Assembly: GCA_027623675.1 (NCBI GenBank)
Contig: JAQBVF010000010.1
Coordinates: 1-64,000, forward strand
Length of the DNA stretch: 64,000 bases
Source: Chloroflexota bacterium
Lineage (GTDB): Bacteria; Chloroflexota; Dehalococcoidia; Lucifugimonadales; UBA3495
Reading direction: 5' to 3'
The stretch's first letter is position 1. The number at the start of each line of letters is the position of its first letter. The notes beneath the pieces are model-generated. The model was given only the letters and a program-made list of their open reading frames with translations. It ran no database searches and was not told the DNA's origin. This document shows positions 38,906 through 48,177 of this stretch, piece after piece. The translations under genes were made by a program, and so were the position numbers.

Positions 38906-40657
38906 ATGGCGGAGCCAGAAGACAGGACCGGCCAGACGAGCGCAGTCTCCAATCCTCATGTCAAGTTCCTGCGTAAATGGGGGACCAGGGGCGGCGGAGA
39001 TGGGGAATTCAGGTGGCCCCTGTGCCTGATCATAGACGGCGCCAGCGACGTCTACGTGTCAGAATCTAGCAATGATCGGATCCAGGTCTTCGACCAACGG
39101 GGCAGATTTCTGCGCAAGTGGGGCAGCGAGGGCAGCGGAGACGGGGAATTCATCCGGCCCCAGGAATTGGCCATGGACAGTGAAGGCAACGTCTACGCTT
39201 CGGACCGAGACAATAATAGGATCCAGGTCTTCGACCAACAGGGCAGGTTCCTGCGCAAATGGGGGAGCGAGGGCCGGGGAGAAGGGGAGTTCAGGTGGCC
39301 CCAGGGTCTGGGCATCGACCGTGACGGCAACATCTACGTGTCCGATCGGGGCAACGACAGGATCCAGGTATTCGACCAACAGGGCAGATTCCTGCGCAAG
39401 TGGGGGCGCACTGGCAGCGGAGATGGGGAGTTCAGGTGGCCCCAGGGTCTGGGCATAGACAATGAGAACAACATCTACGTGTCGGATCAAGGCAACAATA
39501 GGCTCCAGGTCTTCGACCAACAGGGCAGATTCCTGCGCAAGTGGGGCAGCGAGGGTAGCGGAGACGGCGAGTTCAATTGGCCTCAGGGTCTGACCATCGA
39601 CAATAATGGCAACGTCTACGCTTCCGATCGAGGCAATCATAGGATCCAGGTCTTCGATCCACAGGGCAGATTCCTTCTCAAGTGGGGGACCAGGGGCAGT
39701 GGCGACGGGGAGTTCAGCCAGCCTCAAGGTCTGGCGATAGACGATGACGGCAACGTCTACGTGTCAGAATATGGCAATAATAGGATCCAGGTTTTCGACC
39801 CCCAAGGGAGGTTCCTGCGCGAATGGGGCAGCGAGGGCAGCGGAGACGGGGAGTTCAGGACGCCCCAGGGTCTGGGGGTAGGCATCGAGGGCAACGTCTA
39901 CGCCTCCGATCATTGGAATGACCGACTCCAGGTTTTCGATCCCCGGGGCAGATTCCTTCTCAAGTGGGGGATCAGGGGGAGCGAAGACGGGGAGTTCAAC
40001 CAACCGCAGGGGCTGGCTGTGGACGGTGGCGGCAACGTCTACGTGTCAGATTATGGCAATAATAGGATCCAAGTTTTCGACCCACAGGGAAGATTTCTGC
40101 GCAAATGGGGGAATGAGGGCCGCGGAGACGGGGAGTTCAGCCAACCGCAGGGTCTGGCGATAGACAGCGACGGCAACGTCTACGTGTCAGACCAAGGCAA
40201 TGATCGGATCCAGGTCTTCGACCCGCAGGGCAGGTTCCTGCGAGCATGGGGAATCGGGGGCCGCGGAGATGGAGAGTTCATCCGGCCCCAGGGTCTGGCG
40301 ATAGACGGTGAAGGCGAGGTCTACGTGTCAGAATATGGCAATGACCGGATCCAGGTCTTCGATCCACAGGGCAGGTTCCTGCGCAAGTGGGGAATCAGCG
40401 GCAGCGAAGACGGGGAGTTCAGCCAGCCTCAGGGCCTGGCCATAGACGGTGACGGCAACGTCTACGTGTCAGAATATGGCAACAATAGGATCCAGGTCTT
40501 CGATCTACAAGGTAGGTTCCTGCGCAAATGGGGGAGCGAGGGCAGCGGAGACGGGGAGTTCAGCCAGCCGCAGGGCCTGGCGATAGACAGCGACGGCGAC
40601 GTCTATGTGTCAGACCAGGGTAATCATAGGATCCTGGTGTTCAAACCAACCGTCTAG
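38906..40657 (+). CDS. NHL-repeat protein, 12 x 47-aa repeats
   Basis: FLRKWGxxGxGDGEFxxPQGLAIDxxGNVYVSDxGNxRIQVFDxQG counted 12 times (141-bp period); ATG 2 nt after uup stop. Confidence 0.92.
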   Translation: MAEPEDRTGQTSAVSNPHVKFLRKWGTRGGGDGEFRWPLCLIIDGASDVYVSESSNDRIQVFDQRGRFLRKWGSEGSGDGEFIRPQELAMDSEGNVYASDRDNNRIQVFDQQGRFLRKWGSEGRGEGEFRWPQGLGIDRDGNIYVSDRGNDRIQVFDQQGRFLRKWGRTGSGDGEFRWPQGLGIDNENNIYVSDQGNNRLQVFDQQGRFLRKWGSEGSGDGEFNWPQGLTIDNNGNVYASDRGNHRIQVFDPQGRFLLKWGTRGSGDGEFSQPQGLAIDDDGNVYVSEYGNNRIQVFDPQGRFLREWGSEGSGDGEFRTPQGLGVGIEGNVYASDHWNDRLQVFDPRGRFLLKWGIRGSEDGEFNQPQGLAVDGGGNVYVSDYGNNRIQVFDPQGRFLRKWGNEGRGDGEFSQPQGLAIDSDGNVYVSDQGNDRIQVFDPQGRFLRAWGIGGRGDGEFIRPQGLAIDGEGEVYVSEYGNDRIQVFDPQGRFLRKWGISGSEDGEFSQPQGLAIDGDGNVYVSEYGNNRIQVFDLQGRFLRKWGSEGSGDGEFSQPQGLAIDSDGDVYVSDQGNHRILVFKPTV

Positions 40658-40674
40658 AAAAGCAATTCACGGAC

Positions 40675-41046
40675 TCATTCGTCTCCATCATCTATTTCCC
40701 AAGGTCCAGGTGCATGGGCGTCATCTCCAACCGGGAGAAGGGCAGCCCGGCGTGGGACCGCCTTCAAGATCGTGGTCTTGCGGGTGCCGGTACCTCCCGT
40801 GACGACGGCCACTGTCTCTGTGACCACCAGGCCAACCGCCTTCTCCTGCGTCTCGGGAAAGGTCAGACCGATCTCCGTCTCAGCCAACGCCATCGCCTGA
40901 TAGAGATCCCACAAGGCCGATTCTGATTCGGTGGCCAACGGCGCCTTCAGGCTGTCGGCCGCTCCACTCTCCGCGACATAGTAGGCGCGCAGGTAAACGG
41001 CATGACAGTCTCGAACGGTCCGGCCCGATTCCTGCGAAGAATCCAT
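40675..41046 (-). pseudogene. RecD2-like helicase fragment
   Basis: VYL..YYVAE, QEKAV..VAVVTGGTGTRKTT = degenerate TGGPGTGKTT; only ~120 aa. Confidence 0.7.
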
Positions 41047-41118
41047 CGGAATCCTGATATATTAAGTGCCTGGGTCTCGACCAAGACTGCCTTTTCCGAT
41101 AAGGATTGGAAGGACTAT

Positions 41119-41238
41119 ATGCCCCATAGTGACGTGTCTGAAAGATGTGATAGAGAAGTCGCTATCGTCATCGTCGGCTTTGGAGCCGCGGACGCAGCGG
41201 TGGAGCAGCCGATAGGCCTGGACGAAACCCGGCTGTGA
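41119..41238 (+). pseudogene. N-terminal relic of an FAD-binding flavoprotein
   Basis: CDREVAIVIVGFGAADAA resembles WDxEVDVVIVGFGAAG; ends after 39 aa. Confidence 0.4.
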
Positions 41239-43526
41239 CCGCAGGTCAGACGGTTATTTCGGCATCCGATGACGGCCTCGGCGTTGCGGTCCATTTCGAC
41301 GGACTACCATTTATCCTGGAGATTGGCGCCGACCTTCAGATGGAAGCAGCGCGGCGGTCCGCTTTCGAAGGCTCGTTGATGGTGGACTGGATCGGGGACG
41401 GCGCAAGCGATGACCGTCTCGGGCGCCATGAGTTCATTTCGATCACTTTTCGCGACGGATCAGGACCGTTGCTCCGCCAAACGATCCGAGCCTACCGTAG
41501 CGGCCTGGCCGAATCGGCGGTGATCGTCGAAACCACCGCACTCAGAGAAATGACAGGCACATCGGTCGCGGACAGCTACTTCCATACCACCTTCAATTCG
41601 CCAGTATTTAGGTTGGCCAAGGGGTTGAGCTACCTTACTTTTACTTGGGGGCTCACTGGAGGCGAAGGGACCGGAGTGGGCGGGAATTTCCCGGATGCCG
41701 CAATTGCTCCAAGTCTGGAAGACCTGCCCGAGCAACTGAAGATGGCGGATTTCTCCCCCGATACGGATCTCCACCAGAGTGGCAATAAACCGTTTGCGCC
41801 TCTCATTGCATTTGACGCGGACGGACGGACCATGGTCGCCGCGCCGTTGGACTATCTTCTGATTAGTCCCATGCGATTAACCGAGACCCCTAAAGGGTTA
41901 GCGGTCGCACGAGGCTTGCACGGCGCCGTAAACCAGATCCCAGCCGGCACCACCACCAATACTGCCTTCGTCTTCGGGATGGGCTTGGTCGATACGATGC
42001 TGCGCTGGGGCCGGCTGATGGCCAAAGCGCAAGGATGTGACGTACCCAAAACCGCCAGAGGGCCAGAGATCGGTTCTCTGGGATTCTGGAACTGCTACGG
42101 AGGGTATTACGCCCAGCTTTTCCGGCCCACGACAGCGCAGACCCTCAGGGACCTGGCCTCCTACTTCAAGGAAGCCGACATCCCAGTTAGGTATCTTGGC
42201 CTAGACCTTTGGTACCCACACTCTACCGTGGGGTTCTCAACAAGCTATCGACCGGATCCCGAGAAATACCCCGATGGGTTGGGCCCATTGGCTCGGGAGA
42301 TTGGCCTGCCCCTGCTCTTGCACATGTCAGCCTTCGACCGGAATAACGAATATTCGGAGACCCACAACCTGACTAGGGAAGAGGGGGCGGCATACCCTAG
42401 AGAGCCCCTGATTCACCAAGACCTAGCCCGCGATTTTCGGGACTGGGGCGCGTCTGGGATCTGGCATGATTTCTTGAGGACCCAACTGCAGAACTGCCAC
42501 TCTTTAAGAGCGAAAATCGGGGAGGCTGACCGGGTCTTCGACGGTATGGTCCGGGCCATGGCAGCCGAAGAACTTGACGTGATGTTATGCATGCCGACCA
42601 TCGGACACTACCTGGCGTCGGCCGCATACGAAAACGTCGTGGCGGTGCGCACTTCAACCGACTATGTGAACCACAAACCCCGCCAGGCCGAGATGCTATC
42701 TCACCTGTCTGAATATCGTTCGATCTTCCCGGCCGGGCGCAACTTTAGGCAGAATCTCTTCTTGTCGTTTCTCGCGGGTGTTCTTGGACTGGCCCCATCC
42801 CATGACGTGTTCATCTCCAACCAAGACCACCCCGAAGGTTTCGAAGAATCTGACGCCGAGCAAGAGGCGTTGGCTCGCGCCCTCAGCGCTGGTATCGTTG
42901 GATTCGGAGACAAGGTTGGTCACGCCGATAAGTCCGTGATCGATAAGCTCGCTTTCCCCGACGGACGGTTAGCCCAGCCAGACCACCCACCTTACCCACT
43001 GGCGTCGACGATCCTGTCTTCCGTGCCAGCCTTCTATTCCACCACCACCATCGGCGGGTTCACCTGGACCTACGTCATCGTGTGGAACCTTACCGACGAG
43101 CCCCTCGATTATTCGGTGGACCTAGGCCCCCTAATGAAAGATGGCGACTTGATGTACGACTTCTTCGACGAGGCCGTTCTATCGGGACAAGTTTTGTCTG
43201 GCCGTGCCGAGGCTGGATCGGCTCGGTACGCCGTGCTAGTGCCACTCGTGGGTGGAGGTCACCCGTTGGGCTTCGCAGGGAAATACGTGCCGGTTTCCCG
43301 TGCGCAGGTGAGATCGATAGAGGCCGAAGAGAGAACGATCGCGGTCCACTGTAATCTCCGCCAAGGATCGCATTTTTCCTTTGCAAGCGTCGGCGCCGAA
43401 CCAACGGAGGCAACGGGCTCGGGTTTAGAGATTCAGGCAATCACAAAGAAAGGTGAGATCACCTTCGTGGATCTCACCGTCACCGAGCGTGAATGCACAT
43501 TAGAACTCAGTTTCATAGGCGAGTAA
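41235..43526 (+). CDS. Hypothetical protein, glycoside hydrolase clan GH-D-like (GH27/36-like)
   Basis: GFWNCYGGYY, YLGLDLWY, DPEKYPDGL, IWHDFL, RTSTDY, ALSAG.VGFGD. Confidence 0.6.
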   Translation: MTAGQTVISASDDGLGVAVHFDGLPFILEIGADLQMEAARRSAFEGSLMVDWIGDGASDDRLGRHEFISITFRDGSGPLLRQTIRAYRSGLAESAVIVETTALREMTGTSVADSYFHTTFNSPVFRLAKGLSYLTFTWGLTGGEGTGVGGNFPDAAIAPSLEDLPEQLKMADFSPDTDLHQSGNKPFAPLIAFDADGRTMVAAPLDYLLISPMRLTETPKGLAVARGLHGAVNQIPAGTTTNTAFVFGMGLVDTMLRWGRLMAKAQGCDVPKTARGPEIGSLGFWNCYGGYYAQLFRPTTAQTLRDLASYFKEADIPVRYLGLDLWYPHSTVGFSTSYRPDPEKYPDGLGPLAREIGLPLLLHMSAFDRNNEYSETHNLTREEGAAYPREPLIHQDLARDFRDWGASGIWHDFLRTQLQNCHSLRAKIGEADRVFDGMVRAMAAEELDVMLCMPTIGHYLASAAYENVVAVRTSTDYVNHKPRQAEMLSHLSEYRSIFPAGRNFRQNLFLSFLAGVLGLAPSHDVFISNQDHPEGFEESDAEQEALARALSAGIVGFGDKVGHADKSVIDKLAFPDGRLAQPDHPPYPLASTILSSVPAFYSTTTIGGFTWTYVIVWNLTDEPLDYSVDLGPLMKDGDLMYDFFDEAVLSGQVLSGRAEAGSARYAVLVPLVGGGHPLGFAGKYVPVSRAQVRSIEAEERTIAVHCNLRQGSHFSFASVGAEPTEATGSGLEIQAITKKGEITFVDLTVTERECTLELSFIGE

Positions 43527-43831
43527 GTGAAGATTCAACCATGGCGTTTACAGGTGGCTGAGTGAAATCTCCCGACCTACAGATCTGGCGTTCATCATTG
43601 CCCTCTTGCAGCGCGAGATTCCACGGTCGGATCCAACAAAAATCACGAGCACACCGGAACCGCTGCGCTGGGTCCTTGGTAAACGACGGCACAAGGAACT
43701 AAAACATCACAGCGGTTCATCGCTACGCTTACCTGGCGCCAACAATCTAAAACAGTTGAAGTTCATGATGCGCTGCTCACCATATTTTCAGTCTAATACA
43801 AACCGAAGTTGGGGTAATTGCGCACCCGCCG

Positions 43832-44020
43832 TCACCATGAGCGGGGAATGGCACTATTGGCAGACTGGACGTGTAACAAGCCTGGTTTCAGCGCTAGAGA
43901 AATACCCCCACCCGCTCGTACTGAACCCCGTCGAAGGGCCGGATCAGTCAAGTTCATCGCGGGGACTGGGTTGGCTTGCCCGGCAAAGCGGTGGTTCGAC
44001 GGGCTCGCCACGAACAGGGA
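43832..44020. repeat. REP-like element, right copy of direct repeat
   Basis: TCACCATGAGCGGGGAA...CCCGCTCGTACTGAACCCCGTCGAAGGG...GTGGTTCGACGGGCTCGCCACGAAC. Confidence 0.8.
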
Positions 44021-44086
44021 GGTGCCCCACGAGCGGGGCACGGCGGGTCTCGGCCTCGAAGTCCGAGGCCGAGACCCGCTGGGGCG

Positions 44087-46369
44087 TTACGGGGCTTCGG
44101 CGGCCCGAAGCGCGTCGGCGTCCACGTTGTACTCGTCGCCTCGGCCTTGGATGGCAGCCAGCACGCGCTCGGCCGACAGGGGCAGGGTCCTGATCCTGAC
44201 GCCCACCGCGTCGTAGATGGCGTTGGCGATGGCTGCCGGCGGTCCGAAACCGGGCGATTCAGCGACCGCTCTCGCGCCGAAGGGGCCGTCGGCGCTGGGG
44301 ATCTCCACCAGGATACTCTCGATCTCGGGCATGTCCACCGACAGGGGCATCAGGTAGGTCGCCAGCGACGGGTTCCTCACCCGGCCCGTCTCCCGGTCGA
44401 TGAGTATCTCCTCGCTGAGCGCGCGGCCGATGCCCTGCACCGCGCCGCCTTCCAACTGCCCTTCCACGCCCATGGGGTTGATGGCCTTGCCCACGTCCTG
44501 CGCCTGGACGAAGCGGGTCACTCGAACCTGCCCAGTCTCCTTGTCCACGATGACCTCCACCCCCTGGGCATTGAAAACCGGGGCGTAGGGCAGGCTGGAG
44601 AGAGAGGCGTTCCCGATGATTGGCCCGCCCCGGGAGCTCAGACTCATACGGGCCAGTTGACCCAGGTCCAGGGACTGGGGCGGGTTGTCCAGGACGTAGA
44701 CCGACCCTCCGGCGCAAGCCAGCGCGTCCGCGGGAACGCCCAGCCGGTCGGCCGCCAGGTCCAGCAGCTTGGCCTTGGTGTCTTCGGCGGCATTCTGCAC
44801 GGCGCGGCCCTGACTGTAGACGATGCGGCTGCCCCCGCTGGGCCCGGTGAAGGGGGCCAGGTCGGTGTTCCTTTTGGCGACTATCACTTGGTCCAGCCGC
44901 AGTCCCAGCGATTCGGCGGCGATCTGGGCCAACGACGTGTCGCTGCCGGAGATGTCCACCGAGCCGGTGAGCAGGCTCACCGTGCCGTCTTCGTTAACAC
45001 TGATGGAAGCGGTGGAAGGCCCGCTGCCGCTCCGCCATTCGCCCAGGGCGATGCCCACGCCCCGGCCTTCTTTGGCATTCGACGGCAGCTTCTTGGGCAG
45101 GCCCATCCGCTCTTTCAGCGCGTTCATGGTCTCCTTGAGACCGTTTCGGGGGAGGGTCGCGCCGCTGACCGAGGTGTCGCCCTCCTTGAGGGCGTTCATC
45201 ATCCGGAATTCCACGGGGTCCAGCCCCAGTTTGTGGGCGATGACGTCGGTGTGGGACTCGGTGGCGAAGGTCATGTCGGCCACGCCCGAGGCCCGGTAGG
45301 AACCCACATAGATCTTGTTGGTGTAGACGCCGTAGGAGCGCAGCTTGAAATTGGGAATGTCGTAGGCCCCCAGGCCGTGGCCCACTCCCGAATTGGGGCC
45401 GGCGCCCAGATAGGCGCCCACATCGAAGATGCTCCGCGCCTCGCGCGCCAGGATTCGTCCGTCTTTGGTCACCCCGGTCTTGAGGTAGATATTGGTCTCC
45501 AGCCGCGGCCCGTTCAGGGTGAAGGTTTCTTCGCGGGTGTTGACCAGCTTGACCGGCCGGCCCGTCTTGATGGCCAGCAGGGCGGGGAAGGCTTCCAGGG
45601 CCAAACGGAGCTTGGCGCCGAAGCCGCCGCCCATCTCCATGGCGGTGACCTTGATGTTGCTCAGCGGCATGTTCAGCACCGAGGCCAGTTGGGAGCGCAC
45701 CTGGTACGGGCCCTGGGTCGAAGCCAGGATGCTCAGGCGTCCGTTGGCCTCCAGGTCGGCCACGCAGGCCATGGGCTCCAAGAACCCCTGATTGATGGGT
45801 TGGGTGTGGTAGGTCTCCTCGACGATCAGGTCGGAATCCTTGAACCCCTGTTCCACGTCGCCCCGGTCGGCATCCAGCATGGTGCAGTTGTTGCCCCCCA
45901 GAGCGAACCCGTAGCCCTCGAAATCTTCCAGGTCAGGATGGATCAGGGCGGACTCGCCCGAGATCGCCAGAAGGGGGTCGATCACCTTCTCCAGGTCCTG
46001 GTACTCGACCTTGATCAGGTCCAGGGCTTCCAGAGCGGTCACTTCGTCGTCGGCCGCCACGGCCGCCACCGGCTCGCCGATGTAGAAGACCTCGTCCACG
46101 GCCATGATCCGGCGGTCCTTGAGGGCGCCAGAGCCGAACCTGGCGTCGGGATAATCTTTGCCGGTGACGACGCCCCGCACACCGGGCAATGCCTCGGCAT
46201 CCGAGGTGTCGATGCTGACGATGCGGGCATGGCTGTGGGTGCTGGTCAGCAGTTTGCACATCAGCATGCCGGGCAGGTGAACGTCGGCGGCGTAGGTGGC
46301 CCGGCCGGTTACCTTGTCCAGTGCGTCCACCCGGACCTGGTTGGTGCCCAATACTTGAAAGTCGGCCAT
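44087..46369 (-). CDS. Xanthine dehydrogenase family molybdopterin-binding (large) subunit
   Basis: Start MADFQVLG; DKVTGRATY, GGGFGAK, SYRASG, GQLEGG, GPFGARAVAE. Confidence 0.92.
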   Translation of the reverse strand: MADFQVLGTNQVRVDALDKVTGRATYAADVHLPGMLMCKLLTSTHSHARIVSIDTSDAEALPGVRGVVTGKDYPDARFGSGALKDRRIMAVDEVFYIGEPVAAVAADDEVTALEALDLIKVEYQDLEKVIDPLLAISGESALIHPDLEDFEGYGFALGGNNCTMLDADRGDVEQGFKDSDLIVEETYHTQPINQGFLEPMACVADLEANGRLSILASTQGPYQVRSQLASVLNMPLSNIKVTAMEMGGGFGAKLRLALEAFPALLAIKTGRPVKLVNTREETFTLNGPRLETNIYLKTGVTKDGRILAREARSIFDVGAYLGAGPNSGVGHGLGAYDIPNFKLRSYGVYTNKIYVGSYRASGVADMTFATESHTDVIAHKLGLDPVEFRMMNALKEGDTSVSGATLPRNGLKETMNALKERMGLPKKLPSNAKEGRGVGIALGEWRSGSGPSTASISVNEDGTVSLLTGSVDISGSDTSLAQIAAESLGLRLDQVIVAKRNTDLAPFTGPSGGSRIVYSQGRAVQNAAEDTKAKLLDLAADRLGVPADALACAGGSVYVLDNPPQSLDLGQLARMSLSSRGGPIIGNASLSSLPYAPVFNAQGVEVIVDKETGQVRVTRFVQAQDVGKAINPMGVEGQLEGGAVQGIGRALSEEILIDRETGRVRNPSLATYLMPLSVDMPEIESILVEIPSADGPFGARAVAESPGFGPPAAIANAIYDAVGVRIRTLPLSAERVLAAIQGRGDEYNVDADALRAAEAP

Positions 46370-46374
46370 CACCG

Positions 46375-46890
46375 TCACTCTGCCTTCGGGCTGCCCAGCC
46401 CCGTTTTCGTCTCTCGTCCGGCCGCCTTGGTGGGCTCCACCGCCGCCAATACCGCTTCGATCACCTTGGAGTAGCCGGTGCAGCGGCAAAGGTTGCCCCC
46501 CAGGGCGTGTTTGATGTTCTCCGCGGTCGGTTCTTCATCGCTCTCCAAGAACCCCACGGCGGACATGATGAGACCGGGTGTACAGTAGCCGCACTGCAGG
46601 CCGCCGTGCTCCACGAAGGCCCGTTGGACGGGATGAAGCTCCTGTCCCTTGGCCAGCCCCTCGATGGTCGTGACCTCGCTGTCATGGGCGCTGTGGGCCA
46701 GGACCAGGCACGACGTGACCGGCTTGCCGTTGAGCAAGACGGTGCAGGCGCCGCAGTCCCCTTCGTCGCAACCCTTCTTGGTGCCGGTCATCTGCATCTC
46801 GTCCCGCAGGGCGTCCAAGAGGGAGAAGTATGGCTCGACCAGGGCTTGTTGGAGCTGCCCGTTGACCGTTATCTGTAGTGGTTTTTTCAT
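46375..46890 (-). CDS. (2Fe-2S)-binding small subunit
   Basis: GCDEGDCGAC, QCGYCTPG, NLCRCTGY. Confidence 0.95.
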   Translation of the reverse strand: MKKPLQITVNGQLQQALVEPYFSLLDALRDEMQMTGTKKGCDEGDCGACTVLLNGKPVTSCLVLAHSAHDSEVTTIEGLAKGQELHPVQRAFVEHGGLQCGYCTPGLIMSAVGFLESDEEPTAENIKHALGGNLCRCTGYSKVIEAVLAAVEPTKAAGRETKTGLGSPKAE

Positions 46891-46930
46891 CGTTGAGTCC
46901 TTGGGCTATCGGTGAGAGTAACTAACGTGC

Positions 46931-47854
46931 CTAGAACGTGGCCTGGACAGTCAGCCGGCGTTGTTCTTCGAACGTCAGCGGGCCGTTGACGGCCGCACGC
47001 AACGCCTGCTCCAGAGTCCGGCGGGTCAGCACGCCAACCATCTCCTTGCGGTGGGCCGCCGAGCCGCGGATGTCGTCGATGGGTTTCACGCCGGCCTCGG
47101 CGGCGGCAGCGGCGGCCTGGATGATCTGCGGCGTGACCTGTTGGCCCCGCAGGATGTCTTCGGCGGCGTAGGCGCGCACCGGCGTGGGCGCCACGGCGCC
47201 CAGGGCGATCTTCGCATCGGAGCAGGCGCCGGTTTTGTCATCCAGCGTGATCAATGCCGCCGCGCCCACGGTGGCGATGTCCATGGCGCCCCTGGGGCTG
47301 TGCTTGATGTAATGTGAGCCGGTGTTGGCCGGTGTGGGCGGCACGCGCACCTCGGCCAGTATCTCTCCGGTCTGCAATACGGTCCGGCCTGGGCCGGTGA
47401 AGAACTGGTCTAGGGCGACGAGGCGCTCCCCATCGGGGCCGGCGATGCGGCATTCGCCTCCAAAAACCAGCAGCGCGGGGATGATGTCCCCAGAGGGGGA
47501 TGCGTTGCAGATGTTGCCGCCGGCGGTGGCCAGGTTGCGGACCTGCACGCCGGCGAACGACGCGGCGGCGGCGGCCAGGGCCGGATAGCGGCGGCGCACC
47601 ACCGTGTCTTGTTCCAACGTTCTAATGGTGACCAAAGCGCCGATGCGCAGGCCGTTCCGGGCGCTGAAGGTGATCCGGCCCAGTCCGGCCACCCGCTGGA
47701 TGTTAATCACCTGTTCGGGGTTCCAGAAGCCGGCGCGCCAGCGCACCAAAAAGTCGGTGCTGCCGGCCACGATCCGGGCGTTCTCGCCGTGACGCTGCAA
47801 CATGGATATTGCCTGGCGCAGCGTCCGGGGTTCCAGATATTCGAATCTCTTCAT
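46931..47854 (-). CDS. FAD-binding medium subunit
   Basis: MKRFEYLEP, AGSTD, VRNLATAGGN, DDIRGSA. Confidence 0.92.
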   Translation of the reverse strand: MKRFEYLEPRTLRQAISMLQRHGENARIVAGSTDFLVRWRAGFWNPEQVINIQRVAGLGRITFSARNGLRIGALVTIRTLEQDTVVRRRYPALAAAAASFAGVQVRNLATAGGNICNASPSGDIIPALLVFGGECRIAGPDGERLVALDQFFTGPGRTVLQTGEILAEVRVPPTPANTGSHYIKHSPRGAMDIATVGAAALITLDDKTGACSDAKIALGAVAPTPVRAYAAEDILRGQQVTPQIIQAAAAAAEAGVKPIDDIRGSAAHRKEMVGVLTRRTLEQALRAAVNGPLTFEEQRRLTVQATF

Positions 47855-48177
47855 GTCTTTGATCCCTCGCAGGGTCTCTATGGGCCGCGCCCGTATCCCC
47901 ATTTTTCATCATACGTCTGGCGTCTGGCAAACGTCTGCCATTAATCTGGGAGCGGCGGGCGGTTGGTGGGAGTGTAGTCACGAGGGGGTGAGGCTGTCAA
48001 CGGCGGTGCGATCGCCGCTTCAACCGCCGCTTCATCAGGGGCGAGAACCCCCCGGCTGCAACCTTAATTATTGAGAAAGCGTGGCTCCGGGCTGCCGGCG
48101 GACTCCGCCATGCCCTCCAACTCCATTTGTTCAACCATATTTTTCGTGCCTGCACTCAGTTTCAGCCTCTATCAGGT

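Noticed and set aside
38960..40650. Regular 141-bp repeats as a CRISPR array or DGR
   Set aside because: Repeats are in-frame NHL coding units with no unique spacers; no cas or reverse transcriptase gene in the window
43976..46474. 832-aa plus-strand ORF and similar long antisense ORFs (e.g. 60667..61704, 30200..31165)
   Set aside because: Shadows of real high-GC genes on the opposite strand; no motifs
44087..47854. Aerobic CO dehydrogenase (coxMSL order)
   Set aside because: Active-site loop reads SYRASG, not AYxCSFR (form I) or AYRGAGR (form II); substrate unknown
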